Shown piece by piece: positions 1-10,473 of a DNA stretch of 64,000 nt. Position 1 is the stretch's first letter, and every line of letters begins with the position of its first letter. The stretch is from Methanomassiliicoccaceae archaeon UBA72 (lineage in GTDB: Archaea > Thermoplasmatota > Thermoplasmata > Methanomassiliicoccales > Methanomethylophilaceae): positions 4,009 through 68,008 of the forward strand of contig DAVO01000012.1 of the NCBI GenBank assembly GCA_002509405.1. Reading direction: 5' to 3'. The translations under genes were made by a program, and so were the position numbers. Below the pieces are notes generated by a model, which was not told where the DNA came from, ran no database searches, and worked only from the letters and a program-made list of their open reading frames with translations.

Positions 1-892
<892 letters not shown>

Positions 893-893
<1 letters not shown>

Positions 894-1603
894 CAGTAGT
901 CTGCTCCGTTCTTTTTCTTGAACTCTTCCCATTTGCCGAGGACCTGGTCCCCGGTTATGAACTCGATGTTGTTCTCGTCCGCGAATCTTATGACGTCTTT
1001 TTTGGTCATCGAACTGCCGTCGTCACCCATCATCTCGCATATGGTGGCAGACGGATTTACACCGGCCATGTACATCATGGCGGTGCACAGTTCCGTGTGC
1101 CCCTTTCTGTTTGTAAGTATGTGCTCCGTGGCATTAAGCAAATGTACATGTCCCGGGGACCTGAACTCTTCCCCGATCTCCCTGGCTATTTCGGACGCGG
1201 GCTTGTCCTGGAACAGTACCTCCGCGAACCTTGAGATCGTGAGCGCCCGGTCCCTGTCGGTTATCCCCGTGTAGGTCTTCCGGTGGTTTATTGTAACACC
1301 GAAAGAAGATTTCGTGTTGTCGTACGGTATGTCGTTCGGGGCCATCGCCCTGAGCAGGGGGAATCTGTTCGAATCGTCGTAATAAACGTCGGCCATGTAG
1401 GGCAGGCCGATCTCCGTCGCCTTGTCGTAGGGAGTGGTGGTGCAGATCAGCCCTCCTGCCTTCTTCCTCATCATCTGCACAGCCTCGTACGTGATGTACT
1501 GCGAGGCGATCGTCATATCCGATTCGCCTTCCCTGTCGTCGAAATCGTAGACAAGTATGACCTTGCCCTGCCTAATGTCATTCAGGGCCTTTTTGAAGTT
1601 CAT
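893..1603 (-). CDS. ribB: 3,4-dihydroxy-2-butanone 4-phosphate synthase
   Basis: MNFKKALNDIRQGKVILVYDFDDREGESDMTIASQ...RSPGHVHLL...GHTEL is a clear RibB family match. I used the Met at 1603; the 131-codon upstream extension of ORF 893..1996 is low complexity and would cross the divergent promoter. Confidence 0.9.
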
Positions 1604-1717
1604 CAAATCACCAGGGGTCTGCCAAAGCGACTGTATAAAAAAACTGTTGGCAATGTACCAGCATTTTAGTAGACAGCAGACGACGTGTGCCACCGGTAGA
1701 AAAACGACGGAATAACA

Positions 1718-1725
1718 CTTTAAAT
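1718..1725 (+). promoter_or_regulatory. TATA-like box (TTTAAATA) upstream of the pgi/pmi start
   Basis: An AT-rich octamer lies 24 to 31 nt upstream of the ATG at 1749, inside the divergent ribB / pgi-pmi intergenic region. This spacing is typical of archaeal leaderless transcripts. Confidence 0.4.
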
Positions 1726-1748
1726 ATCTGCATCGGCTGGTACGAACG

Positions 1749-2768
1749 ATGTCCGATGGGAAGAATGTACAGGGTACGATGATCTTCAGGAACACCGCCA
1801 GTTTCCCGGAGCAGATAGAGGCGGCGCTGGAAGAAGAGATCCCCGCCATCCCGAAGGCCGGGAAGGTATGCATATGCGGCATGGGGGCATCCGCTCTCGC
1901 AGGCGAGATCCTCTCTGATTTTGCCGACGGTACATCTAAAACGCCGCTTTTCATAATCCGGAGGACCGAGTTCCCGAAGTGGGTGGGGGAGGACACTTGG
2001 ACGATACTCGTGAGCTACTCCGGAAACACCAAGGAAACGCTGATCGCCTACGATGAGGCGATACGCCGCAACTGCAAGGTCATATGCATCACGTCGGGAG
2101 GGGAGCTATACTCCAAATGCCTCAGCCGCAAGGACGTGGCCGTCACCCTGCCGGGAGGCATGCAGTCGCGTGTCGCCCTGGGCAGCATCATCGGTAGGAT
2201 GGCTTCGATACTGGAGGAGATGGGGGTGTGCGAGGCGAAGACCGAACTAAAGAAAATCGTCCCGGTGCTCAAGGCGGAGAGAGACAGGGTCGTAAAGGAC
2301 GACTGCAAGGTCGCAAGGGCGATCGCCGACAAGCTAATCGACAAGATCCCCGTGATCTACAGTCTCGCCAACATGCGCTCTTCCGCAATAAGGTGGAAGA
2401 CTCAGATAAATGAAAATTCCAAGAACATATCATTCTGCGGTTCCATTCCCGAGTTCAATCACAACGAGATAGTGGGCTGGACGGACGACGGGAACAACAA
2501 CCGTAATTTCGTCCCGGTCGTCCTTTACGACGACAACGCGTCGAAGATGATGAGAAGCATGACTGACACGTCCATAGGCATACTTGTGGACAAGAATCTC
2601 GAGACGATAACCCTTCACGTCGAGGGGACCGGAAATCTGGAGAAAAATCTCAAGTGCATAATCCTCGGAGACATCGTCTCGTTGTGTCTCGCGGACCTCC
2701 GCAGCACCGACCCGACCACCGAGAAGCCCCTCCGCGACGTCCGCGACCGGGCCGGCGTCCCGCTGTGA
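1749..2768 (+). CDS. Bifunctional phosphoglucose/phosphomannose isomerase (SIS domain)
   Basis: The N-terminal half is SIS-like (CICGMGASALAGEIL...VSYSGNTKETL...ITSGGEL) and the C-terminal half resembles the bifunctional archaeal PGI/PMI family. Confidence 0.75.
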   Translation: MSDGKNVQGTMIFRNTASFPEQIEAALEEEIPAIPKAGKVCICGMGASALAGEILSDFADGTSKTPLFIIRRTEFPKWVGEDTWTILVSYSGNTKETLIAYDEAIRRNCKVICITSGGELYSKCLSRKDVAVTLPGGMQSRVALGSIIGRMASILEEMGVCEAKTELKKIVPVLKAERDRVVKDDCKVARAIADKLIDKIPVIYSLANMRSSAIRWKTQINENSKNISFCGSIPEFNHNEIVGWTDDGNNNRNFVPVVLYDDNASKMMRSMTDTSIGILVDKNLETITLHVEGTGNLEKNLKCIILGDIVSLCLADLRSTDPTTEKPLRDVRDRAGVPL

Positions 2769-2814
2769 CTACCAATCCTTTTTTACCGTGCAACGGTTAC
2801 AAGGTAACGATATA

Positions 2815-4098
2815 ATGACCGCAGAGGATGCAAAATACATCAGAGAGCAGGTGATGAATCATAACAAGTGGTTCGAGGAATCTATCCCTATGATAGCGTC
2901 CGAGAATCTCATGAGCCCACTGGCCAAAGAGGTGCTGATCTCGGATTTCGCCGACAGGTATGCCGAGGGGCTTCCCGGAAAGCGCTACTATCAGGGAAAT
3001 ATCTACGTTGACAAGGTCGAGACGAAAGCCATAGAGCTTGCCAAAAAGCTTTTCAATGCTGATTTCGCCGATGTAAGGCCGATCTCCGGAACGGTCGCCA
3101 ACATGGCCGTCCTATTCGCCTTCGCCGAACCCGGCGATACCATCACGACATGTGCTCTGGCCCAGGGGGCACACATATCCACATGCGAGTTCGGAGCATT
3201 CGGACAGAGGGCCGTAAACTCGGTCAACTATCCTTTCAACGAAGAGAACATGAACATCGACGTGGACGGGACCATAAAGCTGCTGAAGCAGGTTAAGCCC
3301 AAGGTCGCGCAGTTCGGGCTGTCCGTCTTCCTGTTCCCGCCGCCCCTGAAGGAGCTGGAGGACACCTTCAACGAAGTCGGTTGCCTGGTATGGGAAGACT
3401 GTGCCCACGTCCTCGGACTCATCGCAGGCGGACAGTTCCATGATCCCCTGAGAGAAGGCGTGAACTTGATCTCGTCCTCCACGCACAAGACGTTCCCCGG
3501 TCCAAACCACGGGTTGCTGCTCGGATCCAATATGACCGAGGAGCAGGAGAAGAAGCTTCAGAAGGCCGTCTTCCCGGGAGTCACATCGAGCCACCACCTC
3601 CACGCCATGGCGGCGCTGGCCGTGACGCTGGCCGAGATGGAGGTCTTCGCCAAGGATTATGCCGCGCAGACATGCAAGAACTCCCGCCAGCTGGGCGAGT
3701 CGCTTTACGAGCTCGGGATCCCGGTGCTCTGCCCGGACCTGGGATTCACCAGGTCCCATGCCATCGCCGTCGACGTCTCCGAGTTCGGAGGCGGGAAGGA
3801 ATGCGCACAGCTTCTGGAGGATGCGAACATCATCTGCAACAAGAACATGCTCCCCAGGGATACAAGCTCAGTGCGCCCCTCGGGCCTCAGGCTGGGCGCC
3901 CAGGAATTGACCCGTGTCGGCATGAAGGAGAGCGAAATGAAAGAGGTCGCCGAACTCATAGCCCGCGTGGTCAAGAAGAAAGAAGATCCGGCCAAGGTCA
4001 AAAAGGACGTCAAGGCGCTGAAGAGGCAGTTCTCGAACATCCAATACTGCTTCAACGCCGGAGAGCCCGCATACGAGTACCGCAAACTCGTACCGTGA
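2815..4098 (+). CDS. glyA: Serine hydroxymethyltransferase
   Basis: IASENLMSPLAKEVLISDFADRYAEGLPGKRYYQG...SSSTHKTFPGPNHG contains the PLP-lysine motif. I preferred the ATG at 2815 to the GTG at 2788. Confidence 0.9.
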   Translation: MTAEDAKYIREQVMNHNKWFEESIPMIASENLMSPLAKEVLISDFADRYAEGLPGKRYYQGNIYVDKVETKAIELAKKLFNADFADVRPISGTVANMAVLFAFAEPGDTITTCALAQGAHISTCEFGAFGQRAVNSVNYPFNEENMNIDVDGTIKLLKQVKPKVAQFGLSVFLFPPPLKELEDTFNEVGCLVWEDCAHVLGLIAGGQFHDPLREGVNLISSSTHKTFPGPNHGLLLGSNMTEEQEKKLQKAVFPGVTSSHHLHAMAALAVTLAEMEVFAKDYAAQTCKNSRQLGESLYELGIPVLCPDLGFTRSHAIAVDVSEFGGGKECAQLLEDANIICNKNMLPRDTSSVRPSGLRLGAQELTRVGMKESEMKEVAELIARVVKKKEDPAKVKKDVKALKRQFSNIQYCFNAGEPAYEYRKLVP

Positions 4099-4116
4099 TC
4101 CCTGCACAAATTCCTT

Positions 4117-4150
4117 ACCCGCGCATCGCGCGGGTCTATTCATTTTTTCC
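4117..4150 (+). terminator. Hairpin (ACCCGCGC-ATC-GCGCGGGT) followed by a T-run, downstream of glyA
   Basis: A perfect 8 bp GC stem lies 19 nt after the glyA stop and is followed by CTATTCATTTTTT. Confidence 0.55.
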
Positions 4151-4175
4151 GAAATGCTTATGTTAATGTGAATTA

Positions 4176-4208
4176 TCGACCGCGCATAGCGCGCAGGTCA
4201 ATCATTTA
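4176..4208 (+). repeat. Second copy of the GCGC-hairpin plus ATCATTT motif
   Basis: TCGACCGCGCATAGCGCGCAGGTCAATCATTTA closely resembles the 4115..4150 element TTACCCGCGCATCGCGCGGGTCTATTCATTTT. Confidence 0.4.
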
Positions 4209-4242
4209 TAGCTGGAATTCGGTTCTCAACCGGTGAACAGAT

Positions 4243-4554
4243 ATGGGATTCATGGACAAAGTATCGGCCGGAATTAAGAACGTTGATAACAAGATAGGAT
4301 CCGACATCGACGAGAGCAGATATAACTCAAAGATACGCGACCTCCAGAAGGAGATCGACGAAATGAAGTCGAAGCTCGGCGACAGCGTCTACCAGGCGTT
4401 CCTCAAGGGAGAGGCCTTCGACGGCAAGAAATGCTGCGAGAAAATAAAGGCAAAGTATGAGGAGATCGACGTCACCGAGAAGGAAAAGCAGGAAATGGTC
4501 GCCGCAGCAAAGGCCGAACGCGAGAGCAACCGCAGAGAAGCCCAGCAGAAGTAA
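4243..4554 (+). CDS. Hypothetical small coiled-coil protein (103 aa)
   Basis: This is a clean ORF with charged heptad-like composition (KIRDLQKEIDEMKSKLGD...). I recognise no family. It ends in TAA and is followed by a hairpin and T-run. Confidence 0.5.
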   Translation: MGFMDKVSAGIKNVDNKIGSDIDESRYNSKIRDLQKEIDEMKSKLGDSVYQAFLKGEAFDGKKCCEKIKAKYEEIDVTEKEKQEMVAAAKAERESNRREAQQK

Positions 4555-4608
4555 GGCAGAAACCTCAGTGCTGCCGGGGTTTCCAGGCAGCGCATTCTTT
4601 TTTCTGAT

Positions 4609-4622
4609 TTAGGTATAACTAA
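4609..4622. promoter_or_regulatory. Near-perfect 14 bp palindrome TTAGGTATAACTAA abutting a TATA-like box; candidate DtxR-family operator
   Basis: 12 of 14 positions are self-complementary. The TTAG...CTAA half-sites resemble DtxR/IdeR boxes. The element lies about 32 to 45 nt upstream of the dtxR-like start at 4654 and directly 5' of TTTTATTA. Confidence 0.35.
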
Positions 4623-4653
4623 TTTTATTAACAGGCCGTACATACATAATCTG

Positions 4654-5316
4654 ATGGTGTCCGATAACCGTGAAGATTATCTGATCGAGATACTGCGCCT
4701 CACGGAAGGCGAAGGCAGGGCGAAGACCAACGATCTAGCCGATAAGCTGGGAGTTTCTCCGGCAAGCGTATCGGAGATGATAAAGGCCCTTTCCGGCGAC
4801 GGTTTCGTCACATATACAAAATACCGCGGCGCGGAGCTGACCCCCGAGGGCCTGAGCTATGCCAAACAGCTTCGAAAGAAACACCATATAATGGAACGCT
4901 TCCTGACGGACGTTCTCGACATGGACAGCGACACGGCTCATGTGGAGGCTCATAAGATGGAGCATGTCATTTCGGACGATTCTGCGATCAGGATATGCAG
5001 GATCATAGGTACTCCCGTGGACGATGACTGCTCCAGCTGCGAATCGCAATGCAGGGCGGCAACGGGCATCGGCCGGATAAGCAAGAAATTGAACGAAATG
5101 GCGCAGGGAGACCGCGGCCGCATATCGCATCTGAAATGCGAAGATCCTAAGACGGTCAAGAAACTGATATCCATGGGATTTGTCCCCGGAAGGGACGTCT
5201 GCATCGGAAGCAACGGTTCCAGGTCTGGTCCGAAGGTCGTTACCGTCGGTAACGCGACTTTCGCACTGGATTCTGAAATGGCGTCGTTCGTTTATGTTGA
5301 GCCGAGTGATGATTGA
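4654..5316 (+). CDS. DtxR/MntR-family metal-dependent repressor with a C-terminal FeoA/SH3-like domain
   Basis: REDYLIEILRL...TNDLADKLGVSPASVSEMIKAL is a winged HTH, HHIMERFL...AHVEAHKMEH is the metal-site region, and the C-terminus is FeoA-like (ISMGFVPGRDV...). Confidence 0.85.
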   Translation: MVSDNREDYLIEILRLTEGEGRAKTNDLADKLGVSPASVSEMIKALSGDGFVTYTKYRGAELTPEGLSYAKQLRKKHHIMERFLTDVLDMDSDTAHVEAHKMEHVISDDSAIRICRIIGTPVDDDCSSCESQCRAATGIGRISKKLNEMAQGDRGRISHLKCEDPKTVKKLISMGFVPGRDVCIGSNGSRSGPKVVTVGNATFALDSEMASFVYVEPSDD

Positions 5317-7241
5317 TGCAGGACGGAATGTTCACCGCGGCCCTTGTCGGGCAACCTAACGTGGGGAAATCATCGTTGTTCACAAGGCTGACGGGAGTCG
5401 GCGTCATATCTTCCAACTATGCAGGCACTACCGTAACATTCGAGGAAGCGGTGGTCACCAGAAAGGGAAACAAGGTAAGGATATACGATCTGCCGGGGAC
5501 TTACGGCATGTCCGGGGACTCCGACGACGAAGAGGTCGTGCTCGAGATGGTCCGGGACCCGGACGTCGATTCCGTCATCGTGGTAGCAGATGCCACCAAC
5601 CTACAGAGCAGCCTAGTGCTATGTTTCGAGGTCATAGAACTGGGCCTCCCAATGATACTTGCGGTCAACAAGGCCGACGAGGCCCGCAAGAAATACGATA
5701 CGGGCTACAAGGAGCTGGAACGCATCCTGGACGTCCCTGTCATACCGGTATCGGCGAAGACGGCGGAAGGGGTGGACGAGCTCGCGGACGCTCTCTGTGA
5801 AGGACGCGGAAGGAGGTCGACATTCCAGGTTAGGTACGAGCCTCATCTGGAGGGCGCCATCGACAATATCACAGGCCATCTCAAGAAGATAAGATTCGAC
5901 CAGCGGGGCACGGCCGTAAAACTGATGGAAGGAACAAAGACCTTCATTGAGGGGGTCATGCCCGCGACGGCCGAAATCGCCTCCGTCCTCCGCGACAATT
6001 TTGAAAGGGAACATCACGAGACATCCGACATCGCGATAGCCAGAGAGAGATATTCGGTTTCGGATGCCATAGTGAGGAAGGTTCAAACAAGGACACAGAC
6101 CAAGTTCAGCCGCAAGGACAGGCTTTCAGAGATGATGATCACAACATCAACGGGAATACCGATCCTCATTGCCGTAGGATTGATGCTTTTCGTTACGATG
6201 ATCTTCCTGGGGTCACTGCTTGACGGAGCGGTGAGCTATGTCTATGACACTCTCATAGGCAACACTCTCGCCGATTTCGGCGCAGACAAAGGCGGAGATA
6301 TAGGCAGGGCGATCATGCTCGGCATCGACGGGAGCATCAGAGCGATACTCACCCTGGTCATCCCGTACATAATGGTGTTCTACATAATACTGGGTATACT
6401 GGAGGACACAGGCTATCTGCCCAGGGCCGTGGTGCTTGTCGACAGGACGATGCACCATTTCGGTCTTCATGGCGGCGCATTCATACCCATGATCGTGGGA
6501 CTCGGATGCAACGTCCCGGCCATTATGGCCGTACGGACGATACGTTCCCGTCGCGAGAAGCTCATACTCACATCCCTGATCGTCATGTGCGTGCCTTGTT
6601 CGGCACAGATTGCGATAATCTTCGGGATAGTCGGAAAATATTCCGGATTAATTTACGCATTCGCAATATTGATGGTGCTTCTGGCACTCATGGTGGCCCT
6701 GGGGCTTGGACTCAACCGTTTCCTAAAATACGAACCTTCAAATCTGGCGATGGAGATACCCGATCTCTCCGTGCCTTCTCTAAAGAATGTTCTTTTCAAA
6801 ACCTGGAACCGCATCAAGGACTTCTTTGTGATAGCTTTTCCGCTCCTTGTTGTAGGAAGCATATTGCTGGAAATTGCGCTAAGCTACAGCCTCATGGATT
6901 TTGTCATCGGGCCACTATCTTTCCTTACGGTCGGGATGCTGGGACTTCCGGCCGCGGTGATACTCGCGTTCATCGTGGGCGTTCTGAGGAAAGAGATGGC
7001 CGTGGGGATGCTTGCGATAATCGCGGCAAGCACAGGAATAATGGAGCTCGCATCGTTCATGGGCCCGGAGCAGTTCTTCGTTTTCGGGCTCGTCATGGCA
7101 ATATACTTGCCGTGCCTTGCCACCATAGCCGTGATATGGCGCGAAATCGGATGGAAGGAGACCATTGCGGTATCGGCACTTTCTATCGGCACCGCCATCG
7201 CGATCGGAACGCTGGCGAACTGGATCCTGACGGTCTTCTGA
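5316..7241 (+). CDS. feoB: Ferrous iron transporter FeoB
   Basis: The G-domain motif ALVGQPNVGKSS and DLPGTYG are followed by a polytopic membrane domain. The ATG overlaps the dtxR-like TGA by 1 nt. Alternative starts are at 5313 (TTG) and 5328. Confidence 0.9.
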   Translation: MQDGMFTAALVGQPNVGKSSLFTRLTGVGVISSNYAGTTVTFEEAVVTRKGNKVRIYDLPGTYGMSGDSDDEEVVLEMVRDPDVDSVIVVADATNLQSSLVLCFEVIELGLPMILAVNKADEARKKYDTGYKELERILDVPVIPVSAKTAEGVDELADALCEGRGRRSTFQVRYEPHLEGAIDNITGHLKKIRFDQRGTAVKLMEGTKTFIEGVMPATAEIASVLRDNFEREHHETSDIAIARERYSVSDAIVRKVQTRTQTKFSRKDRLSEMMITTSTGIPILIAVGLMLFVTMIFLGSLLDGAVSYVYDTLIGNTLADFGADKGGDIGRAIMLGIDGSIRAILTLVIPYIMVFYIILGILEDTGYLPRAVVLVDRTMHHFGLHGGAFIPMIVGLGCNVPAIMAVRTIRSRREKLILTSLIVMCVPCSAQIAIIFGIVGKYSGLIYAFAILMVLLALMVALGLGLNRFLKYEPSNLAMEIPDLSVPSLKNVLFKTWNRIKDFFVIAFPLLVVGSILLEIALSYSLMDFVIGPLSFLTVGMLGLPAAVILAFIVGVLRKEMAVGMLAIIAASTGIMELASFMGPEQFFVFGLVMAIYLPCLATIAVIWREIGWKETIAVSALSIGTAIAIGTLANWILTVF

Positions 7242-8924
7242 TCAGCGGTGCGTAAACACGGCCTCTATCTTTTCGGGCGTGACCTTCTCCAGCCTTGCGA
7301 AGCCGACCCTCTCGAACTGCACAGTGTCGTTCTTCTCTTTCAGCACCGAGTCTTCGGTAAGTCCTTCCAGGGTCGTCCCGTCGGGCATGAGCATCGTCGT
7401 AGGTATGCTGCCGCGACAGACCCACTGGACAGCGCGGACCCCGGTCTTTAGTATCGACACGTCGTTTCCGTCGTAAGCGGCCGGCGTTCCGTATCTTATG
7501 TTGCACAGGTCCTTCAGCCTTATCTCCCCGACATCGGCGAAGATCTTCGAGTCGTCGGCGGAGATGAACACTGTGTTGCTTCCTTCGACGTTGTATTTCC
7601 GGGTTCCGCGTTCCGGGTGGTCGGGATGCAGCGGCGCGGAACCGCATATCTTTTCTGTGCCTGATATGTCGTACCTCACTGGGTCCTGGACGAAGAAGTA
7701 TCTGTTCGAAGTCTCGTCGATTATGTCCCGGTTCATGCCATATAGGTTGTCCCAGGAGAACTGTATGTCCACAGACTTCATGCCGGACTCCACCCAATAC
7801 CGCCTGATCGCCTCAGGTCTGATCCCTCTCCTCTCCAGAGCCCTAACGGTCCCGGTCCTCACATCGTCCCAGCCCGAGTACTCCCCGTCGCGGATGCACT
7901 GCTTGATGATCGATGTCTTCAGGACAGAGTCGGGTATGTTCACCAGTCCGTAGTGGTAGTAGTAAGGCTTCTTCCAACCGAAATAGTCGAAGATATATTC
8001 CTGTCTGTTCGTGTTGTTCAGATGGTCCTTTCCGCGTATCACGTGGGTCATCCCCATCAGGTGGTCGTCGATCGCCACCGAGAGGTTCATCATTGGATAG
8101 GCGCAGTACTTCTCGCCCAAAACGGGGTGCGGATGATATACGATGCGCAACGCAACGAAATCCCTGACCGCGGGGTTGGGATGGTTCAGATCTGTTTTGA
8201 CGACCGCCACCGCATCCCCTTCGCCGTATCCTCCGGACAGCAGCCTGTCGTATCTCTCGAGCTGCACTTCCACCGGAAGCTCCCTGCAGGGGCACGCTTC
8301 TCCCTTCTCCTTAAGTCCGCGCCAGTCGTCGCCGTTGCATGTGCAGATGTAGGCCTTCCCCATCTCGATGAGCTTTCTGACGTGGTCGTAGTATATCTCG
8401 AACCTGTCGGATTGTATGTATGTCTCGTCGATCCTCACGCCGAGCCAATCAAGGTCCTCCGGGATCATCCGGTAGGCATCCGGGTCTATCTTCTCCGGGT
8501 TGGTGTCCTCCATCCTGAGGATCAGCTTCCCCCCGTATCTCTTTACATACTCGTCGTTTAGGACCGAGACCCGGGTATGGCCTATATGCAGAGGTCCAGA
8601 GGGGCCGGGGGCGATGCGCATAACGATTTTGCCGTCGGCACCTTCCAGCGCCGGAAGCTCGTATTTGCGTTCTTTCTTCTCTTTCACGAGCATGGAGGAG
8701 TCGATCTTCTCAAGCTCGGACGTCTGGCGTTCGAGCCCCATCGCGTTAACCTCGGAGACTATGGAATCGACCAGTTCCCCTATCTCTGCCGACCTGGAGC
8801 GACATTCCGGAAAACCGCCGAGGATCTTTCCCAGAACGGCCTTCGGGTTCGCCTTCCCTTTGAAAAATACTGCGTTCTGAAGCGCGAACTTTTTGATAGT
8901 CTCTTCCAGGTTCTCCGGTGTCAT
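7242..8924 (-). CDS. gltX: Glutamyl-tRNA synthetase (archaeal/eukaryal type)
   Basis: MRIAPGPSGPLHIGHTRVSVLNDEY...LRMEDTNPEK shows the class I HIGH region. I used the Met at 8924 (MTPENLEETIKKFALQNA...). Confidence 0.9.
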   Translation of the reverse strand: MTPENLEETIKKFALQNAVFFKGKANPKAVLGKILGGFPECRSRSAEIGELVDSIVSEVNAMGLERQTSELEKIDSSMLVKEKKERKYELPALEGADGKIVMRIAPGPSGPLHIGHTRVSVLNDEYVKRYGGKLILRMEDTNPEKIDPDAYRMIPEDLDWLGVRIDETYIQSDRFEIYYDHVRKLIEMGKAYICTCNGDDWRGLKEKGEACPCRELPVEVQLERYDRLLSGGYGEGDAVAVVKTDLNHPNPAVRDFVALRIVYHPHPVLGEKYCAYPMMNLSVAIDDHLMGMTHVIRGKDHLNNTNRQEYIFDYFGWKKPYYYHYGLVNIPDSVLKTSIIKQCIRDGEYSGWDDVRTGTVRALERRGIRPEAIRRYWVESGMKSVDIQFSWDNLYGMNRDIIDETSNRYFFVQDPVRYDISGTEKICGSAPLHPDHPERGTRKYNVEGSNTVFISADDSKIFADVGEIRLKDLCNIRYGTPAAYDGNDVSILKTGVRAVQWVCRGSIPTTMLMPDGTTLEGLTEDSVLKEKNDTVQFERVGFARLEKVTPEKIEAVFTHR

Positions 8925-9007
8925 CGGCCATGAATTCTGATGCTTATATAAATCGTTGACCGCTCGGTCCTCACTTATAATTAATACCTCCGAGATAATC
9001 TGCATTC

Positions 9008-10276
9008 ATGACAGTCAAAGAATCGCTCACCGGTTCGTTCGAAAAAATAGAGAGGAAGGTGGACCCGGCCTCCGGAGAGGTGACGGAGATCCTTGCCAAA
9101 GAACAGGCGAAGACGTTCTACTTCACGGACCTGAACGGTAGCAAGGCCATCGGCAACCGCTTCTCCACCAGAGAGAAGATTGCCGGTGCGCTGGGCATAA
9201 AAACGTCGGAGATAGTCGATGCGATGGCGTCCGCTGTAAGCGGCCCCAAACAATACGCCGAGACCAAGGACCCGGCCTTCAGAGAGGTTTCCGTCAAGGT
9301 CGACCTCACGGAAATGCCCATTCCTAAATACTATCCGGAGGACGGCGGATGCTACATATCCGCAGGCGTCATAGTCGCTGAATGGAATGGGATAAGAAAC
9401 GTTTCTTTCCATAGGATGATGATAATGGACCGCGACACGATCGCCGTCCGTCTCGTACCCAGGCATCTTTTCACAATGCACAAGGCTGCAAAAAAAGAAG
9501 GAAAGGAGCTTAAGATATCCATCTGCATCGGAGTTCCGGCCGAGGTCCTTCTGGCCGCGGCCACGTCGATGGACTACGGAACCGACGAGCTCGAGGTGGC
9601 CTCCGCTCTGCGCATAAACGCCGGAAAGTCCCATCTGGAGGTCGGCAGGTGCGACAACGGCCTTCTTGTGCCGGCGGATACCGACTATGTTCTGGAGGGC
9701 CGCATAACGCTGGACGAGACGTCGGAAGGTCCGTTCGTGGACATAACCGGAACATACGACATGGTGAGGCAGCAGCCGATAATCAAGATCGACAAGATCT
9801 GGACATGCAGGGACCCGATATTCCATCTTCTGCTTCCGGGAGGATGGGAGCACTTCCTGCTTATGGGGCTCCCCAGGGAGCCGATGATCCTCAGGACGGT
9901 AAGGCAGGCCGTGCCCAGGGTCAAGGCCGTCCGCCTGACCGAAGGAGGTTGCTGCTGGTTCAACGGGGTCGTGTCGATAGCCAAGAACAAGGAGGGCGAC
10001 GGTGTCAACGCCATCATGGCCGCATTCACAGGCCATCCCTCGATGAAACAGGTCATCGTCGTCGATGACGATATCGACATCTCCGACGACCGGGAGGTCG
10101 AATGGGCAGTGGCAACGAGGATGCAGGCAGATAAGATAATAAAGATACCCGGAGCCGCCGGTTCGTCGCTGGACCCAAGCACCAACGGTACCACGTGGAA
10201 GGTCGGCTACGACGCGACTCTTCCGCTGGACGCCGATCCGGCACTTTTCAGGAAGGCGCTTGTGGCCAGGAACTGA
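9008..10276 (+). CDS. UbiD-family (prenyl-FMN dependent) decarboxylase
   Basis: The match to UbiD runs the whole length (YPEDGGCYISAGVIV...NVSFHRMMI...GPFVDITGTYD...LLPGGWEH). No UbiX partner is present in the window. Confidence 0.8.
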   Translation: MTVKESLTGSFEKIERKVDPASGEVTEILAKEQAKTFYFTDLNGSKAIGNRFSTREKIAGALGIKTSEIVDAMASAVSGPKQYAETKDPAFREVSVKVDLTEMPIPKYYPEDGGCYISAGVIVAEWNGIRNVSFHRMMIMDRDTIAVRLVPRHLFTMHKAAKKEGKELKISICIGVPAEVLLAAATSMDYGTDELEVASALRINAGKSHLEVGRCDNGLLVPADTDYVLEGRITLDETSEGPFVDITGTYDMVRQQPIIKIDKIWTCRDPIFHLLLPGGWEHFLLMGLPREPMILRTVRQAVPRVKAVRLTEGGCCWFNGVVSIAKNKEGDGVNAIMAAFTGHPSMKQVIVVDDDIDISDDREVEWAVATRMQADKIIKIPGAAGSSLDPSTNGTTWKVGYDATLPLDADPALFRKALVARN

Positions 10277-10338
10277 CGTAGGTCTTAAAATAAGCGGAAG
10301 CATACCGAAGAGCATATCCCAATGGGAAAGGTGAACAA

Positions 10339-10458
10339 ATGGCAGTAGAAGATATCGGGGAGAAGAACAGGAAGCGCAACAACAAGATCATAGGGACTGT
10401 GATGTTCCTTGCAGTACTGGCAGTTACGGTTTTCGCGTTCTTCTACTACCCTAACTGA
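10339..10458 (+). CDS. Possible 39-aa single-pass membrane micro-protein
   Basis: The sequence MAVEDIGEKNRKRNNKIIGTVMFLAVLAVTVFAFFYYPN is preceded by a Shine-Dalgarno-like AGGTGA about 5 nt upstream. It is shorter than the ORF-track cutoff. Confidence 0.4.
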   Translation: MAVEDIGEKNRKRNNKIIGTVMFLAVLAVTVFAFFYYPN

Positions 10459-10473
10459 GTAAATAGTTTAATT

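Noticed and set aside
1604-1996. N-terminal 131-codon extension of the ribB ORF (893..1996)
   Set aside because: The extension is low complexity, would overlap the pgi/pmi start and the divergent promoter, and RibB homology begins exactly at the Met at 1603.
8981-10315. 444-aa ORF on the minus strand
   Set aside because: It is antisense to the UbiD-family gene, has no family resemblance and has a biased composition.
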